Assembly: GCA_002269645.1 (NCBI GenBank)
Contig: NIVC01000094.1
Location: 930,001-994,000, forward strand
Direction: 5' to 3'
Origin: Macrostomum lignano
Taxonomy: Eukaryota
DNA: 64,000 nt
Part shown: positions 58,955 through 64,000 of the stretch, piece after piece
Numbering within the stretch: position 1 is the stretch's first letter
Layout of the letters: every line of letters starts with the position of its first letter
Translations under genes and position numbers: made by a program
Notes under the pieces: model-generated
What the model was told of the DNA's origin: nothing
The model's input: only the letters and a program-made list of their open reading frames with translations
Database searches by the model: none

Positions 58955-59870
58955 TCTGTAACCTGGGATCTCGGATCTGTGTTCCAGGATCTGGGATCTG
59001 AGATCTAGCATATGGAATTTATGACCTATGCTCTGGGATGTAGAATCTGGGATTTGGGATTCGAGATCTAGGATTTTGGATTCGGGATCTAAGATGTGGA
59101 ATATTGGATCAATGTTTTGGGATCTTGGGCGTGGGATTAGGATCTGATTTAGGCTGCCTGTTTTCTGGAGTCTTCATCCGGGATATGAAATCTGGGATCT
59201 GGGATCTGGGATCTGGGATCTGGGATCTGGGATCTGGGATCTGGGATCTGGGATCTGGGATCTGGGATCTGGGATTTGGGATCTGGGATTTGGCATCTGG
59301 GGTTTGGGATTTGGGATTAAGGATCTTGGATATGCGATTCATTATCTGAAATCTGGGATTCAGAAGTTAAAATCTCGCATCTGTGATTTTGGATTTAGGA
59401 TTTGGAACCTGAGATGTGGAATAATGGATCAATGTAATATTTTGGGATCTTTGGCGTGGGATTTCGGATTTCGGATCTGATTTGGCTGTCTGTTTTCTGG
59501 AATATTCATCCGAGATCTGTGATCTTGGATTTGGGATTTGAGATATGGGATTTGTAATCTGAAATCACGGATTTAAAAGTTGAGATCTCGGATCAGTGAT
59601 TTGGAATTCGGGATTTGGGATCTCGAATCTGGGATGTGGAATATTAGAACCCATGTTCCGTGATCTTCGAGGCGGGATTTGGGATCTATGATCTGTTTTA
59701 GGCCGTCCGTTTTCTAGAAACTTTTATCTGGGATTTAGGATCTGGGATCTTGGGATCTCTCTGGAATCTGCATTCTAAAATATGGCTCTAGAATCTGTCT
59801 TCGAGGATAAAGAATTTGTGGGATTTGGGATCTGAGGAATATAATCTTAGAACCTTGGGACCTGGAATTT
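58955..59870. repeat. (gggatct)n heptamer satellite with three embedded ~90-bp higher-order blocks
   Basis: Pure heptamers at ~59190-59290; the block gatgtggaat...gcgtgggatt..ggatctgatttaggctg..gttttctgga recurs near 59093, 59413 and 59633. Confidence 0.88.
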
Positions 59871-60029
59871 AGAGCCAGGAATTTTGAGCAACGAGTATGT
59901 AGAAAGAAAAATTCAAAGACTACTACTTAACAGAATAAGTACTATATGTAGCGCTTTTATCGCATTTTACTCGTATAGTGGCTCCCTTAAAATTGGCATG
60001 ACGCTTACTTTTACGTTTGAAATTGTGTA

Positions 60030-62330
60030 TCTTTTATGTTTGACATGGTGGCTCTTTTATGTTCTACATGGTGGCTCTTTAATGTTCTACATGGTGGCTC
60101 TTTGATGTTTGATTCGGAGTTTTTTAATGTCTGACATGGTGTCACTTTAATGTTTGACATTGTGGCTCTTTTATGTTTGACATGGTGGCTCTTAGTGTTT
60201 GACATGGTGGCTCTATAATGTTAGACATGGTGGCTCCATAATGTTAGACATGGTGGCTCTTTAATGTTCGACATGGTGGCTCTTTAATGTTAGACATGTT
60301 GGCTATTAAATTTTTGACATGGTGGCTCTTTAATGTTCGACATAGTGGTCCTTTTATGCTTGAAATGGTGGCTCTTTAATATTTGACATGGTGGCTCTTT
60401 TATGTTTGGCATGATGGCTCTTTGATGTTTGATATAGAGTCACGAATATACTTGACATGGTGACTCGTTAATGTTAGACATGGTGGCTCTTTAATGTTTG
60501 ACATGGTGGCTCTTTAATGTTCGACATGGTATATCTATAATGTTAGACATGGTGGCTTTTTAATGTTCGACATGGTGCCTCTTTAATATTTGACATGGTG
60601 GTCCTTTTATGTTCTACACGGTGGCTCTTTTATGTTTGACATGATGGCTCTTTAATGTTTTACATGGAGTCACATATATGTTGGACATGGTGGCTCTTTA
60701 ATGTTCGACATGGTGGATCTATAATGTTTGACATGGTGGCTTTTTAATGTTCGACATGGTGGCTCTTTAATGTTAGACATGGTGGCTCTTTAATGTTTGA
60801 CATGGTGGCTCTTTAATTTTTGACATGGTAGCTCTTTTATGTTTGACATGATGGCTCTTTTATGTTTGACATGATGGCCCTTTTATGTTCTTCATGGTGA
60901 CTCTTTTATGTTAGACATGGAGTCACGAATATACTTGACATGGTGACTCGTTAATGTTAGACATGGTGGCTCTTTAATGTTTGAAGTGGTGGCTCTTTAA
61001 TATTTGACATGGTGGCTCTTTAATGTTTGACATGGTGGCTCTTTAATGTTCGACATGGTGCCTCTTTAATGTTTGACATGGTGGTCCTTTTATGTTTGAC
61101 ATGGTGGCTCTTTAATATTAGACATGGTGGCTCTTTAATGTTAGACATGGTAGCTCTTTAATGTTCGACATGGTGGCTCTTTAATGTTAGACATGGTGGT
61201 TCTTTAATGTTCGACATGGTGGCTCTTTAATGTTAGACATGGTGGTTCTTTAATGTTCGACATGGTGGCTCTGTAATGTTTGACGTTGTGGCTCTTTAAT
61301 GTTTGACATGGTGGCTCTATATTGTTCGACATGGTGGTTCTTTATGTTCGACATGGTGGCTCTTTTATGCTTGACATGGTGGCTCTTTACTTTTTGACAT
61401 GGAGTCACATATATGTTTGACATGGTGGCTCTTTAATGTTTGACATGGTGGCTCTTTTATGTTTGACATGATGGCTCTTTTATGTTTGACATGGTGGCTC
61501 TTTAATGTTCGACATGGTGGCTCTTTAGTGTTTGACATGGTGGCTCTTTAAGGTTTAACATGGATTCACGAATATACTTGACATGGTGACTCGTTAATGT
61601 TAGACATGGTGGCACCCTAGTGTAATGAATGCTCTTTAATGTTTGAAATGGTGGCTCTATATTGTTCGACATGGTGGTTCTTTATGTTCGACATGGTGGC
61701 TCTTTTATGCTTGACATGGTGGCTCTTTACTTTTTGACATGGAGTCACATATATGTTTGACATGGTGGCTTTTTAATGTCAGACATGGTGGCTCTTTAAT
61801 GTTCGACATGGTGGTACTTTTATGCTTGACATGGTGGCTCTATAATGTTCGACATGGTGGTTCTTTTATGTTCGACATGGTGGCTCTTTTATGCTTGACA
61901 TGGTCGCTCTTTACTTTTTGACATGGAGTCACATATATGTTTGACATGGTGGCTCTTTTATGTTGGACATGGTGGCTCTTTTATGTTGGACATGGTGGCT
62001 CTTTAGTGTTTGACATGGTGGCTCTTTTATGTTTGACATGGATTCACGAATATACTTGACATGGTGACTCGATAATGTTAGACATGGTGGCTCTTTAATG
62101 TTTGACCTGGTGGCACCCTAGTGTAATGATGGCTCTTTAATGTTTGAAATGGTGGCTCTTTAATATTTGACATGGTGGCTCTTTAATGTTCGACATGGTG
62201 GCTCTATAATGTTAGACATGGTGGCTCTTTAATGTTCGACATGGTGGCTCTTTAATGTTAGACATGGTGGCTCTTTAATGTTAGACATGGTGGATCTTTT
62301 ATGTTTGACATGATGGCTCTTTAATGTTTT
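60030..62330. repeat. 2.3-kb 23-bp minisatellite (acatggtggctctttaatgtttg)n
   Basis: About 100 units; rare variants such as ggagtcacgaatatacttg recur. Confidence 0.97.
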
Positions 62331-62699
62331 ACATTGTGCTTTTTGTTTTTAGCATTTAAAATGTTTTTATTAGGGTTTTTTTAATAAAAAAATCTTTTTG
62401 CACTACTAAGCTTTGAACCCAGGTCGCTACATAAGCAGTCCAATCTGTTTGCATCGAGGCTTTCTCTTTTCAATTGGCGAACATGATTTGTGGCCCTTAT
62501 AATTCAATGCTTACAGCAAGTTGGTTAGAGTAAAAAGTTATGACATAATCAATTTCTTAGTCAGCCAGTATCAGTGTCAATTTAAGTTAGCAATATTGTT
62601 ACGCAATTTCAATCAAGTTGTGTGTGCATTTCTTTGGCACTGTTTTCAACTTGTTGTGATGCAATCTTTATCAGAATTGAAATTCAGTCAGTCAGTTTT

Positions 62700-62945
62700 T
62701 TCTCTAGCATTCTTACAATGCATTTCAGATCGAAAGAGCCGCTTGACCTTTGCAAAAAAGCCTGTTTTTCGAATATTTAATCCCTTTAATATTGAGCAAT
62801 TTCTTAGCCAAGATGCATGTACCGTCCCAGGAAAATTTCTGATCGAATGGTGCAAGTTTGAAGAAAATCGGTTGAGCCATTTTTTCTGAAATCTATCGCA
62901 TACCTACCCACATACATACAGACAACTCATTTTTAGTATATACGA
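62700..62945 (+). mobile_element. Possible 3' end of a non-autonomous Helentron/DINE-1-like element
   Basis: aagtttgaagaaaatcggttgagccattt followed by acatacatacagac and ttttagtatat resembles my recollection of such ends; no other end was identified. Confidence 0.3.
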
Positions 62946-64000
62946 GGCCAACTCCTCCTTCGGAGAAGAAAGGGGAAGACCTCCAATCAGCGGAATTCCA
63001 TTCCCTGAACTCCATCAGCGGAATCCCATTTTCCAACACCTCTCCGCGCAACAGAAATCGTCTCCGTGAAACTGAACACTATCGAAATCCTCTCCGTGAA
63101 ACTGAACACCATCGAAATATTCTCCGCGAAATAGAAATCCTCTCCGTGAAACTGGACTAAATCGAAATTTCTACGTCAAACAGCCCAGCTCTCAGAATTC
63201 ATTGGTTAAGGTTAGGGTTAGGGTTAGAGCTACACACAGCTGCGTGTTGAAAGACGCCGTAAAAACATTGAACCAATTAAATTGCGCAACTTATTTCTCA
63301 GGCAGTCAGTATCAGCCTCAGTTAAAGTTAACAAAAAGATTGCGCAATCTAAATCAACCCTCAAATACACAGCAACCGACCCCCTTCCAATACGCAGTGC
63401 AGCTAGAAATTGAACCCCCCCCCTCACCAACTATTGGGGGGTCGGTCGAACCCCCATTTAACTCCAAAATGAGAACAATCTTTGCAGAAAGCTAAAAGTA
63501 TGAAAATCTTTTCTTGAATGCTGTGAATTTAATTTTCATATTTAAAGCAAAAAACTTATATCCCCGAACTCATCGCAGCAAGATCTTTCCAGCAATATAA
63601 GTCTAAGTTCTTTTAAAGTTTTAAGCATTGACTCGAGGCAACAGTTTGCAATTGTTTGAAATGTCCCGATTTAAAGCATTGAAGTATCGAGTGTACGTTC
63701 ACCTGAACCTGCAATCTTTCCAAAAAGGCTCGCATGTTGATGCATTGAATTTCAGTGTGCAAAAAATATCACCGCTCGCCTAATTGAAAATCAGAGCACG
63801 TATCGTTGCGCAATTGTCTATACAGTCAGCCCGTGCGCCAAGGTCCAAGTGTACACACGCCGCCACTGAGAACGCGAGCACCCCCACTGGAGAGAAAATA
63901 CACTGCAGAGATAGGAGAAAGTTATGGCGCAATCGCTCAAAATTCATGCAAATTTTTAGCTCCAAGCAGAAAGAGGGGACAAATAAGATTATCAAAGGTC

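Noticed and set aside
62410-62430. tttgaaccc, a tRNA B-box-like motif
   Set aside because: I saw no A-box or cloverleaf, so no tRNA or SINE is called.

Overview
Intron-rich animal (eukaryotic) genomic DNA with GC-rich exons and introns packed with mini- and microsatellites. The style suggests a free-living flatworm such as Macrostomum, but this is inference only. I assembled five host genes by hand with phase-consistent GT-AG junctions: the 5' ~1000 codons of an ATR-like PIKK kinase (minus, 13 exons, continuing off the left edge), a Zic/odd-paired zinc-finger factor (plus, 3 exons), an OST-alpha/SLC51A-like transporter (minus, 6 exons), an intronless 894-aa FN2x3 + beta-trefoil-like + TSP1x8 membrane protein (plus), and an SLC16/MCT transporter (minus, 4 exons). 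Mobile DNA includes a decayed Ty3/Gypsy integrase followed by a J-domain (HPD) ORF inside an ATR intron, a ~6.3-kb decayed CACTA/EnSpm-like element with a 19-bp terminal inverted repeat right upstream of ATR, and a hAT-type MITE with an 8-bp TSD in a Zic intron. The best leads are the J-domain ORF in the env-like position of the retroelement, the unusual intronless receptor, and a tandem array of ~26 amplified splice donors. All protein assignments come from remembered motifs; no searches were run. Most long ORFs in the supplied track are artefacts of tandem repeats.
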